Positions 1 to 7,887 of a stretch of DNA of 32,000 nucleotides are shown piece by piece (position 1 is the first letter of the stretch; the number at the start of each line of letters is the position of its first letter). Source of the stretch: an uncultured Chloroflexia bacterium (lineage in GTDB: Bacteria; Chloroflexota; Ktedonobacteria; Ktedonobacterales; JADMIN01); the NCBI GenBank assembly GCA_963718915.1, contig CAVRAI010000014.1, forward strand, positions 30,001 to 62,000, read 5' to 3'. Both the position numbers and the translations under genes were made by a program. The notes beneath the pieces were generated by a model that was not told the DNA's origin, did not search any database, and worked only from the letters and a program-made list of their open reading frames with translations.

Positions 1-1119
1 TGATTCCACCGCATCTGGCGAAAGAATGGTAATGACCGCATCACTCTCATCAATTGCGCTTTGTATGTTCCGTATCCACCTATCTCCTCCTTTCAACTTG
101 CTTTTGTCAATCCAAGGTACTAATCCACGCGTGCTAAGAGACTGCTCAAGACGATGCGCAAATACCGCGTCCTTATGAGAGTGGCTGATGAAGACCTTCT
201 TCGATGCTGAATCTACCTCAGCGACGACGTCACGCACTGACATGCCGCCTTTGCTTGGTTGTTTCCAGCCTTGCCTCCATTGAATTATACCCTGGAATAC
301 TGAGCCGACAATTATGAACAGCAGACTAATCAGAGCAAGAAGTAATATTGAAGGGACGCTCACCAACAGAACCGCTATCCCTTCCGCCCCGATGACAAAA
401 CCTTTCCATCCTAAAAAGACACCAATAAACACGAGTGATGATATGCTAAAGAGTGCACTTGCTGTGACAACTGCGGGTTGCATGCTAAAGAACTGTTGAA
501 ATAATCCGCCCAAAGTGAGAAAAATCACAGCAACGACATCGCTGAGAAACATGAAAATCGCAAGGTAGAGTCTGATACGACGTTCTAGAGGTGAAAGATC
601 GGGTTCAATTCGAACTACATCAGGGAGTCCAGGCACATGTTCTTCAATTAGCATGCCTGATAGAGTCGCGATCGTGACAAAGAAGACACCAGTAATAACC
701 GGGAGATACGGATAGAGAACTCTAAGCCATGATGGTGGTGCTCCGCCACCAAAGAGAATCGGCGCCCGTGTTGAGACTAAGATGTAATTGGAGCCAACAC
801 TTACTAATAGCAGAAACAGATATATAAAGCGTCTGACCCACGCGCTGGTGATTTCGCTTACTGTTGGTCTTTGTACTGTCTTCCTAATCTCATCAAAGTC
901 TGGTAGGCTTCCAGTCTCTTTTTGCCTTTGCGCTTCAGCAATGACCTTTAGATAAATTCTCCTTGCTTGTCTTTCTTCCTCGCCATCACGAGACCAAAAA
1001 CTGTTTATAGCGTGCTGGAGGCGAGTTGCGCCACGAATGACAATATAGCCTGTGGACACAAAAAAGTTCGCACGTGGAGAAACGTTTTCTACCATTCTTT
1101 GATTAGAACCCCCACGCAT
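1..1119 (-). CDS. Multi-pass membrane protein with C-terminal TIR domain (C-terminus cut by window edge)
   Basis: Not in the ORF track because no stop lies inside the window. Hand translation of the minus strand from ATG 1119 (in-frame TGA at 1132-1134) is open for 373 codons to position 1. About 95 aa soluble N-terminus, ~5 hydrophobic helices (e.g. FIYLFLLLVSVG, VITGVFFVTIATLSGML, LAIFMFLSDVVAVIFLTLGGL, VSVPSILLLALISLLFIIVGSV). Ends with KKVFISHSHKDAVFAHRLEQSLSTRGLVPWIDKSKLKGGDRWIRNIQSAIDESDAVITILSPDAVES, a typical bacterial TIR core (FISHS..D, G..vW.D, G..W, ai..sd.vi.vlSp). About 45% GC versus ~65% next door. Confidence 0.7.
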   Translation of the reverse strand, partial: MRGGSNQRMVENVSPRANFFVSTGYIVIRGATRLQHAINSFWSRDGEEERQARRIYLKVIAEAQRQKETGSLPDFDEIRKTVQRPTVSEITSAWVRRFIYLFLLLVSVGSNYILVSTRAPILFGGGAPPSWLRVLYPYLPVITGVFFVTIATLSGMLIEEHVPGLPDVVRIEPDLSPLERRIRLYLAIFMFLSDVVAVIFLTLGGLFQQFFSMQPAVVTASALFSISSLVFIGVFLGWKGFVIGAEGIAVLLVSVPSILLLALISLLFIIVGSVFQGIIQWRQGWKQPSKGGMSVRDVVAEVDSASKKVFISHSHKDAVFAHRLEQSLSTRGLVPWIDKSKLKGGDRWIRNIQSAIDESDAVITILSPDAVES

Positions 1120-1146
1120 GCTAAGCAATCGTCAAGCGATCGTCAG

Positions 1147-1270
1147 CAGTATAGCACAGGCTTGCAGCCATCTCTCTTTGCATTCAAATTGGGCGGCCTC
1201 TATCTCCTCCGCCTAAGACACCGACTATGTCCTCGGCAGCGGCTATGTGGCGGTGGCCGAGGGCGAGCGA
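1147..1270. repeat. Intergenic repeat family R1, copy 1 (CAGTATAGCACA ... GACTAYGTCC-CGGC-GCGGCTAYGTGG-GGTGGCCGAGGG)
   Basis: Aligns by eye with 4809-4905. The 3' core also occurs at 6757-6788. Confidence 0.6.
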
Positions 1271-1310
1271 GCCGCAGCAATAGACTCGCTCTTGTGCTTG
1301 TCTTCTCCGT

Positions 1311-2273
1311 TTATCCTGCGCGCTCCGCCAGTGCGGTAACTTCCTCCTGCTCCTCAGGCGCAGGCGCGGGCGCAACCGCCTCTTTCGCTGCCCTCGCGGC
1401 CCGGCGTAGCAGCAGGGTCGGCGGCACACGATAGACCTCGCGCGCCAGGCGCAGGCGCTCCAGCGTCCAGATGAGGTAGCCGGAGAGGTCGAACTGCCAC
1501 CAGCGCAGGCCATGGAACGCCGAACGCGGGAAGGCGTGGTGATTGTTGTGCCAGCCCTCGCCGAACGCCAGCAGGCCGACGATCCACTCGTTGCGGCTGC
1601 GGTCCGTCGTCTCGAATGCGCGCTTGCCGAAGGTGTGGCAGACGGAGTTCACGCTCCAGGTGACGTGATGCGTCAGGAACATGCGCACCAGCCCACCCCA
1701 GAGCAGCCCGCTCAACGCCAGCGGCCACCCGCCAAGGAGCCAGCCGACGGCGAACGGGATCGCCAGCGACAGGACCGCCCAGAGCAGGAACGTCTTGCTG
1801 ACGAAGGTCACAATGCGGTCGCTCACCAGATGGCGGGTGTACACCATAGGGTCGGCGTCGCCATCGCGGAAGATCCAGCCGAGGTGCGCGTGGAAGAAGC
1901 CCTCGACGGGGCTGTGCGGGTCGCCCTCACGGTCGGCGCGCGCGTGGTGTTTGGTGTGTGTCGCGGCCCAATCGAGGGCTGGACCCTCAAAGGCCATCGA
2001 ACCGAGGATGAGCAGCAGCAGCTTGACGACTGGCTGCGCGCGGAAGCTGCGGTGGGTCAACATCCGGTGGTAGCCAACGGTGACGCCGAACGCGACGAGC
2101 GCGTACATCACCGCGAGCAAGATCAGGTCCTGCAGGTGGACAGCGCGCTGCCAGAGGAGTCCAATCGCGAGAACCGTGGCCAGTAAAGGGACGAGCACGA
2201 CGAGGAGGACAGTAATCTTGTAAATACCCCGGTAGACAGGATGCAACGGCGCGTACGCCGGATTGGATGCCAC
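1311..2273 (-). CDS. Membrane fatty-acid (acyl-CoA/acyl-lipid delta-9 type) desaturase
   Basis: Three histidine boxes: HRMLTHRSF, HTKHHARAD, WHNNHHAFP. N-terminal TM helices present. Track ORF begins at TTG 2294. GTG 2273 is preferred because TAGGAG lies 5 nt upstream. Confidence 0.9.
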   Translation of the reverse strand: MASNPAYAPLHPVYRGIYKITVLLVVLVPLLATVLAIGLLWQRAVHLQDLILLAVMYALVAFGVTVGYHRMLTHRSFRAQPVVKLLLLILGSMAFEGPALDWAATHTKHHARADREGDPHSPVEGFFHAHLGWIFRDGDADPMVYTRHLVSDRIVTFVSKTFLLWAVLSLAIPFAVGWLLGGWPLALSGLLWGGLVRMFLTHHVTWSVNSVCHTFGKRAFETTDRSRNEWIVGLLAFGEGWHNNHHAFPRSAFHGLRWWQFDLSGYLIWTLERLRLAREVYRVPPTLLLRRAARAAKEAVAPAPAPEEQEEVTALAERAG

Positions 2274-2342
2274 GCGATCTCCTAGTGTTGGCAATATTGG
2301 CGTCTCACGAATCTTGTGGGATAGTGATGAGAGCGCATTTCC

Positions 2343-2364
2343 TTCGTCATTGTTTCGTCATTGT
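2343..2364. promoter_or_regulatory. Tandem 11-nt direct repeat TTCGTCATTGT x2 (plus degenerate third unit) upstream of the desaturase gene
   Basis: Exact tandem copies at 2343-2353 and 2354-2364, 70-90 nt upstream of the desaturase start on the minus strand. Confidence 0.3.
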
Positions 2365-2451
2365 ATTCGTATGTCACGGCGCTACGCCCGTAAGCAAGCC
2401 TGAAGAGCGGGCCCCCAGCTCTCTGGCGGCTGATAAGCGCAACGATGCGGG

Positions 2452-2715
2452 TCAAAAGCCTAATGTTCGAGCTTGCGTCACGATACAGGCTTCATCATGC
2501 TTGCCACCGTACCCATACTCTCCTCCGCGCTTGAGCGTGCAGTGCGGGCAAGACTCGATCATCGTAGCCATATCCCGGCACATGCGCGCCTCGGCTACCC
2601 TTTGCAGTATCGGGCGCATGGCTGCGATCTCGGCTTCTAACGTCTGTATGCGCGCGCGCGCCGTTTCGATGCTGTCGATGGTTTCAATGGTTTCAACGTG
2701 TGGTGTGTCCTGCAT
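2452..2715 (-). CDS. Hypothetical protein (87 aa; coiled-coil N-half, CPHC motif)
   Basis: Track ORF 2452-2775. The internal ATG at 2715 has ACGGAGA 6 nt upstream. No recognisable family. Confidence 0.5.
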   Translation of the reverse strand: MQDTPHVETIETIDSIETARARIQTLEAEIAAMRPILQRVAEARMCRDMATMIESCPHCTLKRGGEYGYGGKHDEACIVTQARTLGF

Positions 2716-2790
2716 GGAATTCTCCGTATTCTCCTGCTGCCAATGTCCGAAGATGTAGCTCTGGCGGATTGCCAAAGATCGTTACGATGG

Positions 2791-3228
2791 TCACGCGAAC
2801 GCGGGGGTGGTAAGCGCAATATACTTATCGGCTAGCTGCCGGACAATATCCTCCCGCGTGGTGTCGGCTAGAGCGCGAGTGCCCTGGGCATTCTGAAAGC
2901 TCTCGGGTGTATGTCCCCCGCCAGCCCGTATTTCGGCGGAGAGCCCGCTTCCACCCGCCCAGAGGGTGTAATCGAATTCTTCTCTACCCGCGTATTCAGA
3001 GACAATGCGCATGTTTGAGTCGCCCAGGCGCAACCGTATATGACGCCCATGTTCCTTCAAGACACCCCCGAACTCCTCAAACGCTGGTACGACCACTGTG
3101 GCCATGAATTCCTCCACAGCGGTTGTCCCGTCGGATGTCTGCGCGCGCTCTTGTTCGTGATCTTGTCGCGGTTCCTGTTGCTCGCGAAGCAGGAAGAATG
3201 CGTCAAGTTCCGCTTTCCAGTCTTTCAC
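2791..3228 (-). CDS. Hypothetical protein (145 aa)
   Basis: GTG start preceded by TGGAGG with 6-nt spacing. Balanced amino-acid composition. No recognisable family. Confidence 0.6.
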   Translation of the reverse strand: MKDWKAELDAFFLLREQQEPRQDHEQERAQTSDGTTAVEEFMATVVVPAFEEFGGVLKEHGRHIRLRLGDSNMRIVSEYAGREEFDYTLWAGGSGLSAEIRAGGGHTPESFQNAQGTRALADTTREDIVRQLADKYIALTTPAFA

Positions 3229-3381
3229 CTATCGCCTCCAATTGCTGTCGATGTGTTGAATAGTATGTGCACGCTGATGTGTTTGGTCAGGATGGCCTTC
3301 CTTTTGCCGGGTGTGGTTGCACAGCGCATTCGCATGACGTCCTTACGGCCCATCACTGCCCATCGCATGTATCGGGACAGG

Positions 3382-3648
3382 CTACTTGAGAGTAGGCGAA
3401 GGCATCAGCCGTGGAACTGGCTTTGTGCTGCAACGTTGGCACAGCAGGTAGGTCTCGGTGCGTATCGGCAGCCGAACCGTCGCACTCATCCCGGGAGGAC
3501 GCCTTTCCTCACGCCGCGTGACCGAGACATGGCGAATATGGGCAGCGCAGCAAGGATGACCGCAGTGCATACAATGCACGGTTGCCATCTGCCCGCAATT
3601 CTTGACATGGCAACACCCGTCATCTGGTCGATCCGGTCGCGTTACCAT
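3382..3648 (-). CDS. Cys/His-rich putative zinc-binding protein (88 aa)
   Basis: GGGAGG lies 5 nt before the ATG. Cys/His pattern CCHVKNC...HCMHCGHPCCAAH...CQRC. Confidence 0.55.
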   Translation of the reverse strand: MVTRPDRPDDGCCHVKNCGQMATVHCMHCGHPCCAAHIRHVSVTRREERRPPGMSATVRLPIRTETYLLCQRCSTKPVPRLMPSPTLK

Positions 3649-3832
3649 CGTCGCCTCCCATTCACCTTTGGCGAAATCATGTTGGTGGAATCATGAGTTT
3701 CCGCGCGACTGACATGTGCAAAGGTTCGGCTACGCATCGGCCTGCGTGGTATGTTCCAGGCCGACCTGTGATGGGGAAATCAAAAGGATTCTGATGTGCT
3801 GCTCCGCCAACGATCGCTCCCAGGCTCCGACG

Positions 3833-4060
3833 CTAGGAAACATACAATATCGCATGCCACGGAAAATAGTAGGTGTCCCTGGAGTCCTCTACGAGGATTC
3901 CAAACGTGTCATACCCGAGTAGCTGCCATCGCTGAGAGGCTGGCGAGCCGACCCCTTCAACGAATTGAAGCGTTATCAGGTGTGGAGCGCTTTCCTTTTG
4001 CCTGACCCTGGCCTGGCCCTTCAGGAATTGCTCAAACACTGTCATCTCACTGGGCGCCAT
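3833..4060 (-). CDS. Small Sm/Hfq-like protein (75 aa)
   Basis: GAGGG lies 6 nt before the ATG. LLGYDTFGILVEDSRDTYYFPWHAILYVS resembles Hfq Sm1/Sm2 (G.I..FD.F.ILL......VYKHAIS.V). Confidence 0.45.
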   Translation of the reverse strand: MAPSEMTVFEQFLKGQARVRQKESAPHLITLQFVEGVGSPASQRWQLLGYDTFGILVEDSRDTYYFPWHAILYVS

Positions 4061-4131
4061 TTCGACCCTCGCTTTTCTACGCTGTCGGTACCGTCGTGCA
4101 GCGACACGGGTACCGACTCATGGTAGAGAAA

Positions 4132-4159
4132 CTGGCCAGGGTATGTACGCCCTGGCCAG
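4132..4159 (-). terminator. Intrinsic terminator-like hairpin downstream of the RRM gene
   Basis: CTGGCCAGGG / CCCTGGCCAG 10-bp stem with 8-nt loop. Followed on the minus strand by TTTCTCT. Confidence 0.5.
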
Positions 4160-4193
4160 AGTCATGCGACTGAGGCTCGTTTTAGCGTGCCAG

Positions 4194-4556
4194 TTACGAG
4201 TCGCGCGAGCGGCTATGCCCGTAGCGATCCTGCCGTCCGTCGAAATCGTTTGAGCTACCGCCGTAGGAATCGCGACGCCCACCGCGCCCGCCTCCCGAGG
4301 AACGCTCGGGACGTGGCTGCGCCTCGCTCACGCGAAGCGTCCGGTTGTCGATGGTTGTCCCATTGAGGGACGCGATGGCGTTCCGTGCGGCGGCGTCTTC
4401 GGTCATCTCGACGAAGCCAAAGCCCTTGCTCTGGCCGCTCTCGCGGTCCATGACGACCGTTGCCTCGCTGACCTCGCCGTAGGCGCTAAAAATCTGAGCA
4501 AGCTGCTCATTACCAATCGTGTAGGGCAGGTTGCCCACGTAAATTCGGATAGCCAT
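4194..4556 (-). CDS. RRM-type glycine/arginine-rich RNA-binding protein
   Basis: RNP2 IYVGNL, RNP1 KGFGFVEM, C-terminal SSGGGRGGRRDSYGG tail. GAGGAGGAGG SD upstream. Confidence 0.92.
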   Translation of the reverse strand: MAIRIYVGNLPYTIGNEQLAQIFSAYGEVSEATVVMDRESGQSKGFGFVEMTEDAAARNAIASLNGTTIDNRTLRVSEAQPRPERSSGGGRGGRRDSYGGSSNDFDGRQDRYGHSRSRDS

Positions 4557-4808
4557 CTGGCCTCCTCCTCAAGTATATCGATGCTCATCTCCGCAAAGGT
4601 CTGCGGATTCATCTGTGCCGACCCACTGCAGGCATCGGCGCCGAACTCCACAACAAGTCAATCCGTGCGGCGTTCGCAGACTCAGTGGAGTTCTATACTG
4701 AGGAGGGAGAAATCTCGATCAGATAGAGACCATCAAGACGAAATGCATCAGCGCTGCATGTGAGGTATTCCAGGAGAAGCGTGATGCGGTCGCGATCAAC
4801 TACGCCCC

Positions 4809-4905
4809 CAGTATAGCACATCTGCTCTGGGTGGGCGCTTTCTCCGCTGCCTGAGCGCCGACTACGTCCCCGGCTGCGGCTACGTGGAGGTGGCCGAGGG
4901 AGCGC
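4809..4905. repeat. Intergenic repeat family R1, copy 2
   Basis: CAGTATAGCACA ... GACTACGTCCCCGGCTGCGGCTACGTGGAGGTGGCCGAGGG aligns with 1147-1270. Confidence 0.6.
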
Positions 4906-5093
4906 GCGCGGGGTGATCTTAACAAAATAAGATGGCGCACACCTCCGCGGATAGCTTTGTTTTCCCGCATGCATAAGATAAACCGCTGTCCAGCGCCATT
5001 TTTGCCGCACCTATATAATGCCAATTAGATGCCATGAAGGCTAAATCGAAGCCAAGAGAAACCCCTCAGATGTGTTCCTGCTATGCTTTTGCT

Positions 5094-5238
5094 TTTTCTT
5101 CCGAACACCCTACGTCGTGGTAAGCGAGGCAGACCGTAGCATACATGCAATCAATGCTACGGCGAATTCCCCGCCTCCTTGGCCCATGCGCTGGCAGGCT
5201 CCGGCCTGCTTACCCCATCGCAATGCCCGTGTCCGTCG
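5094..5238. repeat. Composite REP-like hairpin repeat (compact copy)
   Basis: Reverse-complement match to the outer parts of 17472-17880: TTCCGAACACCCTACGTCGTGG, CCGTAGCATACATGC, AATGCTACGGCGAATTYCCCGCCTCC, GGCCTGCTTACCC. CGCAATGCCCGTGTCCG is shared with 19357-19373. Hairpin CCGTAGCAT/ATGCTACGG at 5134-5162. Confidence 0.7.
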
Positions 5239-5381
5239 TAAATTGTAAAAGCACATAAGGAACCGCTCGTTGCGCATAGGGGATAGGGTCGGCTTGGTCC
5301 GTCACTATTCGCCAACGCCCAGCTTCTCAGGGTTTCTTTGATGCTCGCTTTCATGGAACCTAAAGGGGTTCACCTGTTTGA

Positions 5382-5410
5382 TTGACGCCAGGTTATAGCT
5401 ATGGTATATT
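5382..5410 (+). promoter_or_regulatory. Sigma70-like promoter TTGACG-17-TATATT
   Basis: -35 at 5382-5387, -10 at 5405-5410, exact 17-nt spacer. About 250 nt upstream of the ATG at 5667. Confidence 0.45.
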
Positions 5411-5666
5411 TTAACAATCTTCCCGCAAAGCAATGTATTCACAGTCAGTAGTAGTTATTGTCACTTCATGGTGTGTGCATGTGGACCTGGAGACAGAATG
5501 TATTGGCTGCGGAGTGCCACACCATTACAGCGTATCACAGCGTGTGATGCCTTCCGTATACTGTAGGCTGTCATTCTTGCTAGCCCATCACTCACGGGTG
5601 GGCAGTAGTGGGGGATGTACTGCGCGCTCTGTGGGCGCAGTCCCTCTTCAGTGGAGGAAACACGAC

Positions 5667-5996
5667 ATGGCGACAAAGGCCATCGCCGTTCAGGCGGCGA
5701 CTCCGCAAGACTTGGAAACCATGACCATGCAGTACATCTCGCAGGGCTATGTCATCGCAAATAAGAGTCCGGCGCAGGTATCGCTTGTCAAGCGCAAGAA
5801 GATCAATATGACCTGGCTGATCATTGATCTCGCCTTCATCCTTGTGTTTGGCTTCGGTTTGCTGATGCTCCTCATCACGTTCATATTCTATGCGATGGAT
5901 AATGACAAGATGGTCACGATTACGGTAGTAGGCTGGGGCGCCTCTCAAACTACAGGACAACTGGAGCCGCAGTCGGGTAGCTACACGCCTTATTAG
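5667..5996 (+). CDS. Small single-pass membrane protein (109 aa)
   Basis: The track ORF starts at 5433, but ATG 5667 has GGAGGA 8 nt upstream. TM helix WLIIDLAFILVFGFGLLMLLITFIFY. Confidence 0.6.
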   Translation: MATKAIAVQAATPQDLETMTMQYISQGYVIANKSPAQVSLVKRKKINMTWLIIDLAFILVFGFGLLMLLITFIFYAMDNDKMVTITVVGWGASQTTGQLEPQSGSYTPY

Positions 5997-6076
5997 CAGC
6001 TAGTGAAATGTAGTTGAAAACCTGGACAGGGCGCGGCGCGCGTTGGGAAGGTAAAGCAATCCCATAGCGTTGTGCG

Positions 6077-6565
6077 ATGGGTGATCGCGAGATCAGAGGT
6101 GTCGAGATGACGACGTTTCCGCCAGACTATCCTTCACCATCCGGGACCGGGTCATATCGGCCAGATCGACCTGATCCGCAACAACCTCCCAGCTATACAG
6201 TGCCGTCGCCGCCTGGATACTCGCCGCCAGGCTTCTCCTCCCCACAGCCAGCGAGTTATCCGCCTCCTGGCTACGCTCCGACGGGACATGTTCCCGGTTA
6301 CGTGCCCGTTGGAATAGCTCCAATTCAGGCAAATTCCGGTTGGGCGACTGCCAGCTTTGTGTTTGGCATACTGGGCTTATGTACGGGAATAGGGGCGATA
6401 TTTGCTATTATCTTCGGGCATATCGCGCTGAACACGATCAACAACGCTGCGGGACAGCTGAAAGGAAAAGGTCTGGCAATGGCTGGACTCGTGATGGGCT
6501 ATCTCGTGGTCGCTGCGTTTATCGTGGCGCTGATTGGGTCAGCAATCACAAGCATGAACAGGTAG
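6077..6565 (+). CDS. Proline-rich N-terminus / DUF4190-like membrane protein
   Basis: PPxY-rich N-half, then GILGLCTGIGAIFAIIFGHIALNTI ... KGKGLAMAGLVMGYL, typical of DUF4190. Alternative start at ATG 6107. Confidence 0.7.
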   Translation: MGDREIRGVEMTTFPPDYPSPSGTGSYRPDRPDPQQPPSYTVPSPPGYSPPGFSSPQPASYPPPGYAPTGHVPGYVPVGIAPIQANSGWATASFVFGILGLCTGIGAIFAIIFGHIALNTINNAAGQLKGKGLAMAGLVMGYLVVAAFIVALIGSAITSMNR

Positions 6566-6584
6566 GTGGGGCAGAGAACTAGGG

Positions 6585-6618
6585 CCTGTGCGGTATTGAA
6601 ACCTGTGCGGTATTGAAA
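6585..6618. repeat. 17-nt perfect tandem duplication CCTGTGCGGTATTGAAA x2
   Basis: Units at 6585-6601 and 6602-6618, just after the stop of the preceding gene. Confidence 0.9.
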
Positions 6619-6756
6619 AGGGAGCGTACTTCGCCGGGTAAGCACGACGACCTGGCGGGAATGCTACTTGCTGGCGGCATGCAGTGCCAGGCGGGCGACG
6701 GCGCCGCGCCCGAAGCGCTCTCAGAACGCGAGCGGATCGTCATCGAAATGATAAGC

Positions 6757-6788
6757 GGCGCCTACGTCGTGGTGGCCGAGGGCGAATA
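6757..6788. repeat. R1-family core fragment (GCCTACGTCGTGGTGGCCGAGGGCGA)
   Basis: Shares CTACGT-N-GTGGCCGAGGG with copies at 1241-1265 and 4878-4900. Confidence 0.5.
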
Positions 6789-6842
6789 GGGACGTCATGA
6801 AAATGACGTGCGCATGAGACAACGGGGTTCATAGCCGCACGC

Positions 6843-7172
6843 TCACACGTCGAGCAGGCCCGTGTCCGGATCGATAACAGGCCAGTCAGTCGAGTACATT
6901 GGGCGTGTTCTGGCTCGCGGCTGCGTAATTGTGTCCATCAATTCCAGGTAGGTCTTCACATTGGCTTCTTCGTCTTCCGCCAGAGCCGCTTCTATTGCGG
7001 TTCGCATGGTTCGAAGACGCCGCTCAAGCCTGCGCGCGTCCCGGGCAACCTTACGCACCTCTTTGACATGTGGAAGACGGTAGCGTAACTCATCGAGCGA
7101 TGAGCATGTTCGGCGGGCGCTCTTTGACGCTGTCGAGACCAATCGTCGCGACTTTTTCTTGCGCTTGTTCAT
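6843..7172 (-). CDS. Hypothetical protein (109 aa, very basic N-terminus)
   Basis: ATG-initiated ORF in the track. MNKRKKKSRR N-terminus and helical middle. No family recognised and the SD is weak. Confidence 0.45.
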   Translation of the reverse strand: MNKRKKKSRRLVSTASKSARRTCSSLDELRYRLPHVKEVRKVARDARRLERRLRTMRTAIEAALAEDEEANVKTYLELMDTITQPRARTRPMYSTDWPVIDPDTGLLDV

Positions 7173-7375
7173 GTGTCTGGAAACCCCTTCTCGCGTGCAT
7201 TCTCGATAGCGTACATCCGCGCCTGGCTTGCTCGTAGGCGCCTACGAGTTCGGATCTCACGCGCGTCCCAGCTCCATTACGATGCCGTTGAGCGCATGCT
7301 ATTCGTAGCGCTCCAGGGTACCGTGCGTGATTACCTGATACCAATTTCGTTTGGATTGTTGTCCTTCGGGGGCAG

Positions 7376-7438
7376 GCCGTAGCGTAAACGCCACGGCGAA
7401 TTTCTCCGCCCATTCGCCGTGGCCTTCAGGCTACGGCG
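7376..7438. repeat. REP-like double hairpin (GCCGTAGCG-TAAA-CGCCACGGC and CGCCGTGGCC-TTCA-GGCTACGGCG)
   Basis: Two GC stems of 9-10 bp built on GCCGTRG, directly downstream of the minus-strand gene ending at 7492. Confidence 0.7.
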
Positions 7439-7491
7439 CGCTCGCCAACGACAACAACTTAGCCGGATTTGGTATGAGAGCCTGAGAGCCT

Positions 7492-7830
7492 TTAGCCATT
7501 TTTCCAGCGATCATAGCGATGCTTCAGATTGCGCTGATACGCGATGGCCGTGAGAAACTTCGCGACCGCGAGCGCGATGGCGCCCACCAGCATGACCAGG
7601 CAGAGCGCGCCAATCGTGACCAGCAGCCCATCACGGGTCACGACCGCTGCGATGCGCGCTGTCGGATCGGTAATGGCGCGCTCGTCAAACATGGCCCGGC
7701 GTAAGACCGCGCCGCAGGCGACGATCACCGTGAGGCAAACGCCGATGATAACCCCGAAGATACCAGCGATGGTGGGCTTCCAGGCGCCCTGCACGAGATT
7801 CTTCAGGAATTCGACAATCCTCGCAAGCAC
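7492..7830 (-). CDS. Small membrane protein (112 aa, 2 TM)
   Basis: GTG start. Hydrophobic helices IAGIFGVIIGVCLTVIVACGAVL and LLVTIGALCLVMLVGAIALAVA. Confidence 0.6.
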   Translation of the reverse strand: MLARIVEFLKNLVQGAWKPTIAGIFGVIIGVCLTVIVACGAVLRRAMFDERAITDPTARIAAVVTRDGLLVTIGALCLVMLVGAIALAVAKFLTAIAYQRNLKHRYDRWKNG

Positions 7831-7887
7831 GATTCACCGCCTTTCAACTCAGATCACTGTGACATCCGCTCGCCAGGTAAAGCGCCC

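Noticed and set aside
314-499. 61-aa plus-strand ORF
   Set aside because: It lies antisense within the TM region of the TIR-domain gene and has no SD.
5433-5666. N-terminal extensions of track ORFs (also 11866-11946, 11887-12057, 19512-19700, 20020-20286, 28860-28922, 23980-24111)
   Set aside because: The extensions lack SDs, run through repeats or neighbouring genes, and homologous families start at the internal SD-supported codons.
6585-6618. Possible CRISPR array
   Set aside because: It is only two directly abutting 17-nt units with no spacers. No other regularly spaced repeats and no cas genes are in the window.
6583-6789. Possible small ORF ending ...ERERIVIEMISGAYVVVAEGE*
   Set aside because: The only ATG gives 42 aa without an SD. 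The conserved C-terminal peptide coincides with the R1 repeat core, so nucleotide-level repeat conservation explains it equally well.
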